Shown in pieces: positions 53,282 through 64,000 of a stretch of 64,000 nt of DNA; the stretch's first letter is position 1; every line of letters begins with the position of its first letter. The position numbers and the translations under genes are program-made. Origin of the DNA: Octopus sinensis (taxonomy: Eukaryota); the NCBI RefSeq assembly GCF_006345805.1, contig NC_043010.1, positions 7,378,001-7,442,000 of the forward strand, written 5' to 3'. Below the pieces are notes generated by a model. The model was given only the letters and a program-made list of their open reading frames with translations. It searched no databases and was not told where the DNA came from.

Positions 53282-54077
53282 ATATATGTACATGCATGTA
53301 TGTCTATATGAGTGCTTGTGTGTGTGTTGATGTGTGTGACTGTGTTTACATTTATATTTAGCAGTATATTCATAAGTGCAGGTGTAGTTACGTGGTTAAA
53401 AAGCCTGCTTTCCAGCCATGTAGTCTCAAGTTCAGTCCCACTTTAAGACGCCTTGGACATGTCTTCTACTTTGGCCCTGGGCCAACCAAAGTTTGTGAGT
53501 GGATCTGATAGGTGGTCAGTGAAAGAAGCCCATTATGTGTGGTGTGTATATTATATATATATGTATGTGTATGTGTGTGTGTGTGTTTGACTATGTGTGT
53601 GTGTATTTCGATCTCTGTTCCTTATGAGTGTGCCCAGGTAATTTGCCACCATCTTTCTCCTGCTCTCCTTCATTCTCTCTCTTTCTCTTGCTCTCTTCCA
53701 CTATCTCTCTCTCTCTCTCTCTCTCTCTCTTCCTCTTGCTCTATCTCTCAGACTGGTTAACCATGTATCTCCTCTCCAGCAACGCACCCATTTCTAGCCT
53801 CAATCTTGATCACTCTCCCTCTCTCCCACTCTCTCTCTCTGAGACCAAGTAACCATGTAACCTCTTTCTGTCACTCTATCACACTCTAACCCTTTCATCA
53901 TCTGACACAAGACCGCCTTAGAAATAGTCTGGAGAAGCCATAAAAGAAGACACTTGCCTAAGGTACCATATACTGTAACTGAACCTGGAAACTATATGGT
54001 CTGGAAGTAAACTTTTTAACCACACGCCCAAATCTGCACCTGTATATAATATATTGTGTAATTACCATGTCCCAGTG

Positions 54078-54416
54078 AGGGTGCCTGGCTCAGTGGTTAG
54101 AGCATTGATCTTACGATTGAGAGGTTGTGAGTTCGATTCCCAGATCGGGCTGCATGTTGTGTTCTTGAGCAAGACACTTTATTTTATGTTGCTCCAGTTC
54201 ACTCAGCTGTAGAAATGAGTTGCGACATCACAGGTGCCAAGCTGTATCAGCCCCTTTACCTTTCTCTTGGATAACACTGGTGGCATGGAGAAGGGATGCC
54301 AGTATGCATGGGCGACTGCTGGTCTTCCTTGAACAACCTTGCCTGGACTTGTGCCTGGAAGGGTAACTTTCTAGGTGCAATCCCTTGGTCTGTTTCATGA
54401 CTGAAGGGGTTCTCAG
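54078..54416 (+). mobile_element. Fourth tRNA-derived SINE family
   Basis: Head GGCTCAGTGGTTAGAGC...GAGTTCGATTCCC, core TTCTTGAGCAAGACACTT. Further copies at 51405-51733(+) and 44540-44648(-). Confidence 0.8.
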
Positions 54417-54915
54417 AACCATGTCTCAATCAGCAGCAATAGTATATTGGGTTCAAATTTTGGGAAAAGGCATGCAACTTTAGGAGAGGAGGTAAGTTGA
54501 TTACATCAATACAGGTGCTCAAGAGGTACTTAACCATTTAGCATTCAGAATACTTTATCAAATGTAATTCCTCTTTATCTTGTAGCCTTGAGATTTCAAT
54601 GAAATGGTTGCATATCTTTTAGACTAACATTGTTGGGTAGGTGAACTCAAAAATATGAAAGATAAAGTCAACCTTGGAGGAATTTGAACTCTATCTCTCT
54701 TTTACTCTTTTACTTGTTTCAGTCATTTGACTGCAGCCATGCTGGAGCACCGCCTTTAATCGAGCAACTCGACCCTGGGACTTATTCTTCTGTAAGCCCA
54801 GTACTTATTCTATTGGTCTCTTTTGCCGAACCGCTAAGTAACGGGGACATAAACACACCAGCATCGGTTGTCAAGCAATGCTAGGGGGACAAACACAGAC
54901 ACACAAACGCACACA

Positions 54916-54955
<40 letters not shown>

Positions 54956-55432
54956 TACGACGGGCTTCTTTTCAGTTTCCGTCTACCAAATCCACTCACA
55001 AGGCTTTGGTCGGCCCGAGGCTATAGTAAAAGACACTTGACCAAGGTGCCATGAAGCGGGACTGAACCCGGAACCATGTGGTTGGTGAGCAAGCTACTTA
55101 CCACACAGACACTCCTGCGCCTGAACTCAGAATAAAGAATGATGGATGAAATGCAGCTAAGCATTTTGCCCAGCATGCTAATGGTTCTGGCAGCTCAGTG
55201 CCTTAGTGAAGTGATAGAACTGCAATTTATAGAGCAGCGACAATGAGTAAATTTAATGTATTAAAAAAATGGTTATTAAAAATAATGGCAGAGAGAGAAA
55301 GAGAGGGGGAGAAAGAGAGAGAGGGGTGTGGAAGTGAGGTGATGAAATCATTGAACATTTTCTTGGGGGTAGCAATGGAATTTTGATGAGTTTTGAAAAA
55401 GAAAAGAATAAAAAATAAATTAATCCTATAAT

Positions 55433-55612
55433 ATGGATTGATGGGATTTAGATGCCATGTTGAAGGCAAAATGAATTCAGTGAAATATAATGATGATTGA
55501 GAGTTCAATATGAAACAGAACATGTCATATGATAGATGGCCGATTTGATTTTATCTTTGATATTTTGAGGAATGTGCTTGCACTAGCATCAATTATGATT
55601 AAAGGCAGCATT
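55433..55612 (+). pseudogene. Exon-like frame with four TGA and no TAA/TAG; no intact AG acceptor
   Basis: MD*WDLDAMLKAK*IQ*NIMMIESSI*NRTCHMIDGRFDFIFDILRNVLALASIMIKGSI, TGA at 55439, 55472, 55481, 55511. CCTATAA sits where CCTATAG would be expected. Confidence 0.45.
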
Positions 55613-55805
55613 GTAAAAAAACAAAAAAAAAACAAAAAAACAGTGTATTAATAAAGATAGGTACAGCTTATACAAAATAACTTTGGAATACTTGTTTTAT
55701 TATTGCAAAAATTTAAATGAATGTAATTGACAGTTAATATTTGCAGCAAAAATTGTGAAGTGGTAAAAGCAAAATAGTTTTAGTTTTTTTTGTTTTTTCA
55801 TAAAG

Positions 55806-55855
55806 ATAAGAACTCTGTCCATCTGTTGCATCTATTAAACATTAAAATAATTCGT
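55806..55855 (+). pseudogene. Open exon, phase 1>0
   Basis: Acceptor TTTTTTTTGTTTTTTCATAAAG, donor GTAAGT. KNSVHLLHLLNIKIIR. Confidence 0.6.
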
Positions 55856-55922
55856 GTAAGTAGGTATATATCCTTATCTATATATCACTCTAATACACAA
55901 ACATATACATACAATATATACA

Positions 55923-55981
<59 letters not shown>

Positions 55982-57626
55982 CAAATATATATATCCACAC
56001 AGCACACACAGTGTATATATACATATAATATATAATATATCATCATCATCATTATCATATCATTTAGCGTCCGCTTCCATGCTAGCATGGTTGGACGGTT
56101 CAACTGGTGTCGGTGAAGCCAGAAGGCTGCATCAGGCCCAGTCTATATGGCAGTGTTTCTACGGCTGGATCCTTCCTAACGCCAACCACTCTGTGAGTGT
56201 AGTGGTGCTTTAAGTGCCACCCGCACAGGTGCCAGACAGAGCTGGCAGACGGCCACGGACGGATGGTGCTTTTACGTGCCAGCATGGGGGCCAGGCAAGG
56301 CTGGCAATCCACAATGGATGGTGCTTTTTACGTGCATATATGTATGTATATTCGCTTTGGAAAGTTTATTCAGTGAGTAACGTCAGCTGACTGCTGTGTC
56401 TAGCCAGGTGTTTGTCCAGCAGTATATTCATAAGTGCAGGTCAGCTGGTACTGCCAATGGCTAGGAGGAGGGAGCAGTGAGCCTTCTTGCTTACAGTATG
56501 TCTAGGACACAGATTATGTGTTGATAAAGAAGCTAGAAAAGACGTTTTCCTGCGGTTAAAACATATCAAATAGTCCTAGTCAGGACTGCCTCATTATGTT
56601 GGCCAATAAATTTTACAATATATATTTTGCCTTTATTTATAAGTTGTTTATAATTTTCGCGTTAAAAGTTATTTTTTAATAGGCTGGCTGGCCACTGATA
56701 AAAATTTTTTGAAAACTTTATCCTATATTAGATGTAAATTTATTACCATTCACTTCCGGACTGTCTCTTACTCTTTGAGAATTTTCAGTCTCATCAGACG
56801 TGTCTTGAGCAGTACAGCAAAATTTCTATTTGGATATATTCGGGGTACTTAAGTGTACGCATGACTTTACATCTGCTTCTTCCATGGGTGGAAGTATTTA
56901 TTTCATTTATTTCTTAACGTATTTACCATTAGTGTCGAGAAAATTCTTTAAGAATTAATTCAGAAACTGGACTGATTCGTAATAACGGAATTTTTTAGAA
57001 ATTTCTGTCAGCTTGCTTCAAGATGCATTCCTATAGTGATGAATTATATGCAGTTATTGATGATTTTAAAGTCTATTCTCAGCATATTTGGCATAGAAGA
57101 TTTTTTCTTTTGCCCTTATTTATAAGTTTTTTATAATTTTTACCTTAAAAGGTATTTTTTAATATGCTGGCCACTGATCAAATTTTTTAAAATTGTATCC
57201 ATAAATTAGATGATATATAGTATATATATATATATATATATATACTCTTTTATTCTTTTATTTGTTTCAGTCATTTGACTGTGGCCATGCTGGAGTACCA
57301 CCTTTAGTCGAGCAAATCAACCCCAGGACTTATTCTTTGTAAGCCTAGTACTTATTCTATCACTCTCTTCTGCCAAACTGCAAAGTTACGGGGATGTCAA
57401 CACATCAGCATCGGTTGTCAAGCGATGTTGGGGGACAAACACAGACACAGAAACAGATACACATATATATACACATGGTGCAGGCGTGGCAGTGTGGTAA
57501 GAAGCTTGCTTCTCAACCACATGGCTCACTGCATGGTACTTTGGGCAAGTGTCTTCTACTATAGCCTCGGGCCAATCTAAGCTTTATGAGTGGATTTGGT
57601 AGACAGAAACGGGAAGAAGCTCTTTG

Positions 57627-57662
<36 letters not shown>

Positions 57663-57960
57663 TCTGTAACTTAGCAGTTCAACCAAAGAGAGTGGATTTA
57701 GTAGATGGAAACGGGAAGAAACCCTTTGTGTGTATATATATATATATATGTGTGTGTGTCTCTGTAACTTAACAGTTCAGCCAAAGAGACTGATAGAATA
57801 AATACTAGAATTACAAAGAATAAGTCCTAGGGTTGATTTCTTAGACTAACACCCTTTAAGGTGATGCTCCAGCATGGCTGCCATCAAATGACTGAAACAA
57901 GTGAAAAAATAAAATAAAAGAATATATATGTGTGTGTGTACACACACACACACACACACA

Positions 57961-58955
57961 TCTATATACATAAATGTGTAATGGTGTCTGTCTGTGTGTG
58001 CATTTGAGGTGGCTCTAACTCCTCCCACACCGTCCAACTAATTTTAATGATTTTTGGCACATAGGTAGATCACATGCCCTGAAGTTCAAATAAGGCTGGA
58101 ATTTTTCTGAAAACTTGATAATGCTCAGTTGGCATCGATTTTTGTGAGCTCAGTCAGGTGTTTGAATGGAAATTCCCATAACAATGTTATTTTTCCTGCA
58201 GCTTTTGCATTTCCTCCGATTTTGATGAAAATCGATGAGTGAGCAGGGCTCATGGCAGTAAGTTGATGTCAGTATATGGCATGGACAAAAATCGATAATT
58301 GCATTTGAGCAGGAGATTTTAAGGAACCAATAGGCTTTTTGTATGCAATTACCCACAGGATTAATATTTTATGCTGTAACTTTTACAGAATTCATCCGAT
58401 TTTGATGAAATTTGACATTTAGGTAAAGTTTCTTGTCAGAGTCAACTAATAGAATTATAATTAAACTGGCAAAAGACAGAAATCTTCACAATTCACTCAC
58501 AATAAAATAATGAACTGATTTTAAAGAAAATTAAGCACTTTGACATATGAAACATCGATTATTCATATAATGTATTGGGATTTAAAAGTCAATGGGATAT
58601 TTTCATGTAAATGGTCACATGGATTCTATTTTAACACTTAATACTTTTCTTCAGATTTTGCTGAGATTAGACATACTGATCAATTTTGCACAGAAGGTGG
58701 CATTAAGGGGAGAGAAATGAACAAACATCACTCTCAAGAGGTCGAGGTACACCCAAAAGTTTGACTGCGATTTCAGATGGTCCAGTATTTAGAAGTATGT
58801 TGAAAGCTTTAACCTGGTAAAATCCTTGGCAAACTAGATATAACATCTTAATGGGTAACAGTTGGCACGGGAAACTTAGATGATTTCAATACAAGGTCAG
58901 AGGTGGGCTTAACTTCAACACGGGAAACACAAGCAATACCAGGTCCAACAGCTAG
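57961..58955 (+). mobile_element. Non-autonomous Helitron-like element
   Basis: A|TCTATATACATAAATG...GCAATACCAGGTCCAACAGCTAG|T, with repeated internal CCGATTTTGATGAAA. Confidence 0.7.
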
Positions 58956-59269
58956 TATATATATATATATATATATATTTTATTTTTATTTATTTTATCT
59001 AGTTTCAGCTCACGAGCTGTGTCCATGCTGGGGCACCGCCATTTGAAAATTAGTTCCAGACAGAGATTGAAACCTCTATCTCTACACAGGATTAGTAATT
59101 AAATTATCAGCCCTTTTACCCACTAAGCCACCAAACCATATATATATAGATTGACAATATCAAAAATATTTTTTTCTAATTTATATATATATATTATATT
59201 TTGTGAAATTTGATTTAGTATTTCTAAATTGAATTTTTCCCTGTAAGTTTGGAATAATATTCCCTCATA

Positions 59270-59321
<52 letters not shown>

Positions 59322-59610
59322 TATATAAGAAAGAAAAGAAATGTAAGAATCACAGAAAGTTTGTATAATAAAATTTATAGTGATATTAGAATCATATTAT
59401 ATTATTAGATCATCACAAATTAAATATATATTTATATACATGGTGACTATATAGCAAAATGCTTGATAGGTGTGAAACCAATGGTCATTCTCTGACTGGC
59501 TGTAACAATTAGTTGCTTCCTAAACAAATATATTACTGCTCTAATGTTTTAGAGTCAACTTCTTTTTCAGATATATGAAATACTAACGATATATATATAT
59601 ACACACTTAG

Positions 59611-59782
59611 GTTTCAGCCCGATTTAGCCCAGGACATGGCTAACTTTGCAGTACTACCTAGAAAAGGTATTTAATGATGCTTCATATTACAGTCTTTCTT
59701 TGAGCACCATTGCCCATTAAAGAAAAAAATGTTAGTGGAATTTGTTGGAGATATTCTTCCAGGAACCTTTTGAATGTTATGA
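59611..59782 (+). pseudogene. Exon-like frame with several stops, phase 2 start
   Basis: FQPDLAQDMANFAVLPRKGI**CFILQSFFEHHCPLKKKMLVEFVGDILPGTF*ML*, with TAA 59672 and TGA 59675, 59771. A donor AAG|GTATTT at 59667 is an alternative. Confidence 0.45.
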
Positions 59783-60464
59783 GATTTTTTTCTTCTCTTA
59801 TATATAGCTTGATATGATATTAAAGGGAGTAGGGCCAGTTGAGGTGAAATAATTTTGTCTTAGTGTTGTGATGTGACAGGAACATGATTTTTGTAGAGGA
59901 TTGATCGTCATTTATATATCATCATCATCATCATCATCACCACCATTATCATCATCACCATTTAACATCTGTCTTCCATGCTGGCATGGGTTGGACGGTT
60001 TGACAGGAGCCAGCCAAGTAGAAGTCTACACCAAGCTACTGTGTCTGTTTTGGCATGATTTTTATGTTTTCCTAACACCAACAAGCCCATAGAGTGGACT
60101 GAGTGCTTTTTTCTTGTGTATATATAAACACACACACACATATACATAGACACATACACACAGATATATATATATCATCACCATCATCATTGATTAACGT
60201 CCGCTTTCCATGCTAGCATGGGTTGGACGATTTTGACTGTGGGCTGGCGAACCAGATGGCTGCACCAGGTTCCAGTCTGATTTGGCAGAGTTTCTATGGC
60301 TGAATGCCCTTCCTAACACCAACCACTCCAAGAGTGTAGTGGATGCTTTTTACATGCCACCAGCACAGAGGCCAGTCAGGCGGTACTGGCAACGACCTCG
60401 CTCGAATCTTTTTACACATGCCACCGGCACAGGTGCCACTAAGGCGACGTTGGTAACGATCACG

Positions 60465-60499
<35 letters not shown>

Positions 60500-61084
60500 G
60501 CCTCATGGAGGCAATGTGGTCAATGCTGATATCACGTAACTGACACTTGTGTTGGTGGCACATAAAAAGCACCATTTGAGTGTTGGGCCTCACAGAGGTA
60601 ATGTGGCTGATGCTGGTGCCATGTAACCACTGGCACCCGTACCAGTGGCACTTAAAAGCACCCATTACACTCTCAGAGTGATTGGCTTTGGGTAGAACTT
60701 CCACCCATAGAAACCATGTCAAATCAGACTGGAATCTGGTGCAGCCCTTCAGCTTACCAGGCTTGATCGAAATGTCCAACCCATGCCAGAATGGACAACA
60801 AATGTTCAATAATAATGATGATGATGAGGAGGGGGAGGATGATGATGATGATGATAATATGCATATGATGTGTTTATCTGATTACTCATTTTACCCAGTT
60901 TGTCTTTGTGGTTTTGTTTATGTAGATAGTTTAGTATGTTGTAGATAGTTTTACACACATATAATATACTACACAAATATATATTTACAGTAATGTAAGA
61001 TGTGACAATCTTTATTAAACAAAAATTTATAATCCTTTACGAAATATTTAAATGTTTTTAATGTTTTTACAATTCTGTGACAAG

Positions 61085-61282
61085 TAATCGCTGATATCAA
61101 TGTTAATAAAAAAACAACAACAAATCACTTCATACTCTAGTGATGACATTCAAGTTTCCATTGATGAAATTAAAGTTGATGAGGATGAAGTCAAGATAGA
61201 TGACATTGTAATTGAGACTGGAGATAACGAAATTGAGGCTGACATTGACAAGATAAAGGCTGATAATGATGAATTTGAGAGA
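61085..61282 (+). pseudogene. Acidic heptad-repeat exon-like segment
   Basis: [55 protein letters not shown]|GTAAAC. The 5' part (IADINVNKK) needs a frameshift in the A-run near 61108-61114. Confidence 0.4.
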
Positions 61283-61384
61283 GTAAACCTCCATATATAT
61301 ATATTATATATATATATATATATGAATATATATACACCCACAAACATACATGTGTATGTATACATATGCATATATACATGTATG

Positions 61385-61416
<32 letters not shown>

Positions 61417-61444
61417 ATATACACATGTATGTTTGTAGGTGTAT

Positions 61445-61476
<32 letters not shown>

Positions 61477-61534
61477 CCCACAAACATACATGTGTATATA
61501 TATAGGTATACATATACATACATATATATATATT

Positions 61535-61570
<36 letters not shown>

Positions 61571-61752
61571 ATAGATCGATAGATAGATAGATACATACAT
61601 GCATACATACATATACATACCCACCTACACACATGCACACATGCACGCGCACACGTATGGATGTATGAATATTTGAGTATACACATATATACTCACCACA
61701 CATGTATACATTCGTATATAGAGACACCCAGACAGACAGATATTCATATCAG

Positions 61753-61862
61753 CAAAAGGAATATTTGAGGAACATTACCATCAGAACTTCTATCTGACGC
61801 AAAGATAACAGGCTAGACATCGTTATTTGGCTTCAGAGAGATAAAGTCATATACAGTCATAG
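61753..61862 (+). pseudogene. Exon with one TGA, phase 0>2
   Basis: QKEYLRNITIRTSI*RKDNRLDIVIWLQRDKVIYSH, TGA at 61795; donor AG|GTGATA; phase-compatible with 61282. Confidence 0.45.
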
Positions 61863-63109
61863 GTGATAGCTGCCCTGCACTTGTGAATGTCTCTTCTAAA
61901 ATCAGTGAGAAGGAGAATATCTATACACACAAATACTTCAAAACTTGTAGAATCTCTGCCTTGATTATAAATCTATATCTATACCAATAATAACACTAAC
62001 AATCATTGGCATTTATACCTCGTCTGGCTTCCGTGTCGGTGGCACGTAAAAAGCACCAACCATCCATGGCCATTGCTAGCCTACCCTGGCACCTGTGCCA
62101 GTGGCACGTAAAAAGCACCATCCGTACATGGCCGATGCCAGCGCCACCTTGACTGGCTTCCGTGTTGGTGGAACGTAAAAACCACCAACCGATCGTGGAC
62201 GTTGCAAGCCTCCCCTGGCACCTATGCCAGTGGCACATATAAAAGCACCATCCATACGTGGCCGATGCCAGCGCCGCCCTTGACTGGCTTCCGTGTTGGT
62301 GGCACGTAAAAACCACCAATCGATTGTGGCCGTTGCCACCTCCCCTGGTACCTGTGCCGGTGGCACATAAAAAGCACCCACTACACTCATGGAGTGGTTG
62401 GTGTTAGGAAGGGCATCCATCTGTAGAAACATTGCCATATCAGACTGGAGCCTGGTGCAGCCTCCTGGCTTCCCAGACCCCAGTTGAACCGTCCAACCCA
62501 TGCTAGCAGGGAAAACGGACGTTAAACGATGATGATGATGATGATGATGAATAGGAGTAGGTATAGTTGTATGGTAAGAAGTGAAGTTTGCTTCCCAACC
62601 ACATGGTTCTGGGTTCTGGGTTCAGTCCCACTGCATGGCACCATGGGCAAGTGCCTTTTACTATAGTCGCAGGCTGACCAAGACCTTGTGAGTGGATTTG
62701 GTAGACAAAAACTGAAAGAAGCCCATCATATGTGTGCATGTGTGCATGTGTGTGTGTGAATGGGTACGTATGTGTCCTTACCTTCGAAACACGCATTGAG
62801 TCGAACCAGGGGCAGCTGATGAAGGGGAATTTTCCTTGTGTTGTTTGTCTTGTACTCTGTTTTTTCGTTGTTAAAAAAAGTCCGTTTCCATGTTTGTTTT
62901 TACGTTTTCGTTTCCCGTTGAGTTCTACGTCTATTTGTGATGTCCTGTACTCATGTATATATATTTATATATGCATGTATATATACATGTAGATGTATGT
63001 ACGTACATATATGTATGTATGCATATATTTTATTTATTAAATTATTGTATGACTGAGCGCCCTCGCGTCATTTCGTTTTGTTTCTTTCCTTTTCTCCAAG
63101 TAAGTTTTC

Positions 63110-63146
<37 letters not shown>

Positions 63147-63386
63147 ATTATATATATAGTTCAAATTTACAGCAAACAAAGGACAAAGACAGGTGTAGGA
63201 ACAACAAGCAGGTGTAATAGTTTAACACTTGAGAAGAATGGAATACATGGTTTCTAATACATAGAGTTTCATATCTAGCCACAAGCATGTGTATGTTTAT
63301 GCTAAGTTTTTGGAGCGTTTTACATATTTTAACAATATAGTCTTCTAATTTACTTTCTTCTTTCTTGTCAAGAGTGTCCTAATTTC

Positions 63387-63421
<35 letters not shown>

Positions 63422-64000
63422 ACGCATGTGTACATACAGGTATGTGAATGTGTGCACGCATGTTTACATGCAAGTATGTGTGCATGTGTGTGTGTGTGTG
63501 TGCATATGCATGTACGTGTGTGGGCATGGGTATGCATGCATGTGTGTCTGTATACAAAGAATTCTGCACAGTTTTCTGTCTACCAATTTTCACTCACAAA
63601 ACAACTGGTCAGCTGAAGGCTATGGCATAAGACAATTACCAAAGACATAATAACGTAATGGCATCGAAGCCTGCAACCATGTGGTTGTGAAGAGAAACAT
63701 CTTAACCACACAGCCATACCTGCATGTACAAACAAATGGAATTCTAAATAGAATTGTCAAAACATCAAGCATTACAACGACCATCATTATTGGAAGTGTC
63801 TCTTTTCGGTATAACCTTACTAAATAGCACGAACAAAACAGAGTTGACATTGATAAGTCATTAGTGAAACCAGAACCAATTTAGTGGTAACATTATAATG
63901 ATATAGAGAGAAAACTAATACTAGTCAACTCAATGGGAATTGGGCATATGAAAATAGAATAGTGTATTGGAAACGTTGATGTAGAAACGGTTGGAAGTGA

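Overview
AT-rich, microsatellite-saturated animal genomic DNA, most likely an octopus (Octopus sp.). That assignment comes from recognising the repeat families from memory, not from a search. Most of the window is transposon debris: at least four tRNA-derived SINE families (several with target-site duplications), RTE and CR1-type LINE remnants, mariner, hAT/Buster, piggyBac-MITE and Helitron elements, and Penelope-like repeats carrying minimal hammerhead-ribozyme motifs. Nearly all entries in the ORF track are translations of microsatellites or TEs. The unique islands between the repeats contain about 25 plus-strand exon-like segments from ~1 kb to ~62 kb, most with canonical AG/GT boundaries. 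They include two runs of six consecutive phase-compatible exons. Many carry 1-4 in-frame stops, mostly TGA. The best reading is a large multi-exon gene of unidentified family decaying as a (possibly unitary) pseudogene, with CpG decay turning CGA into TGA. I could not identify the protein, and the exon frames were picked by eye. There is no CRISPR array, no rRNA and no intact tRNA or intact transposase.
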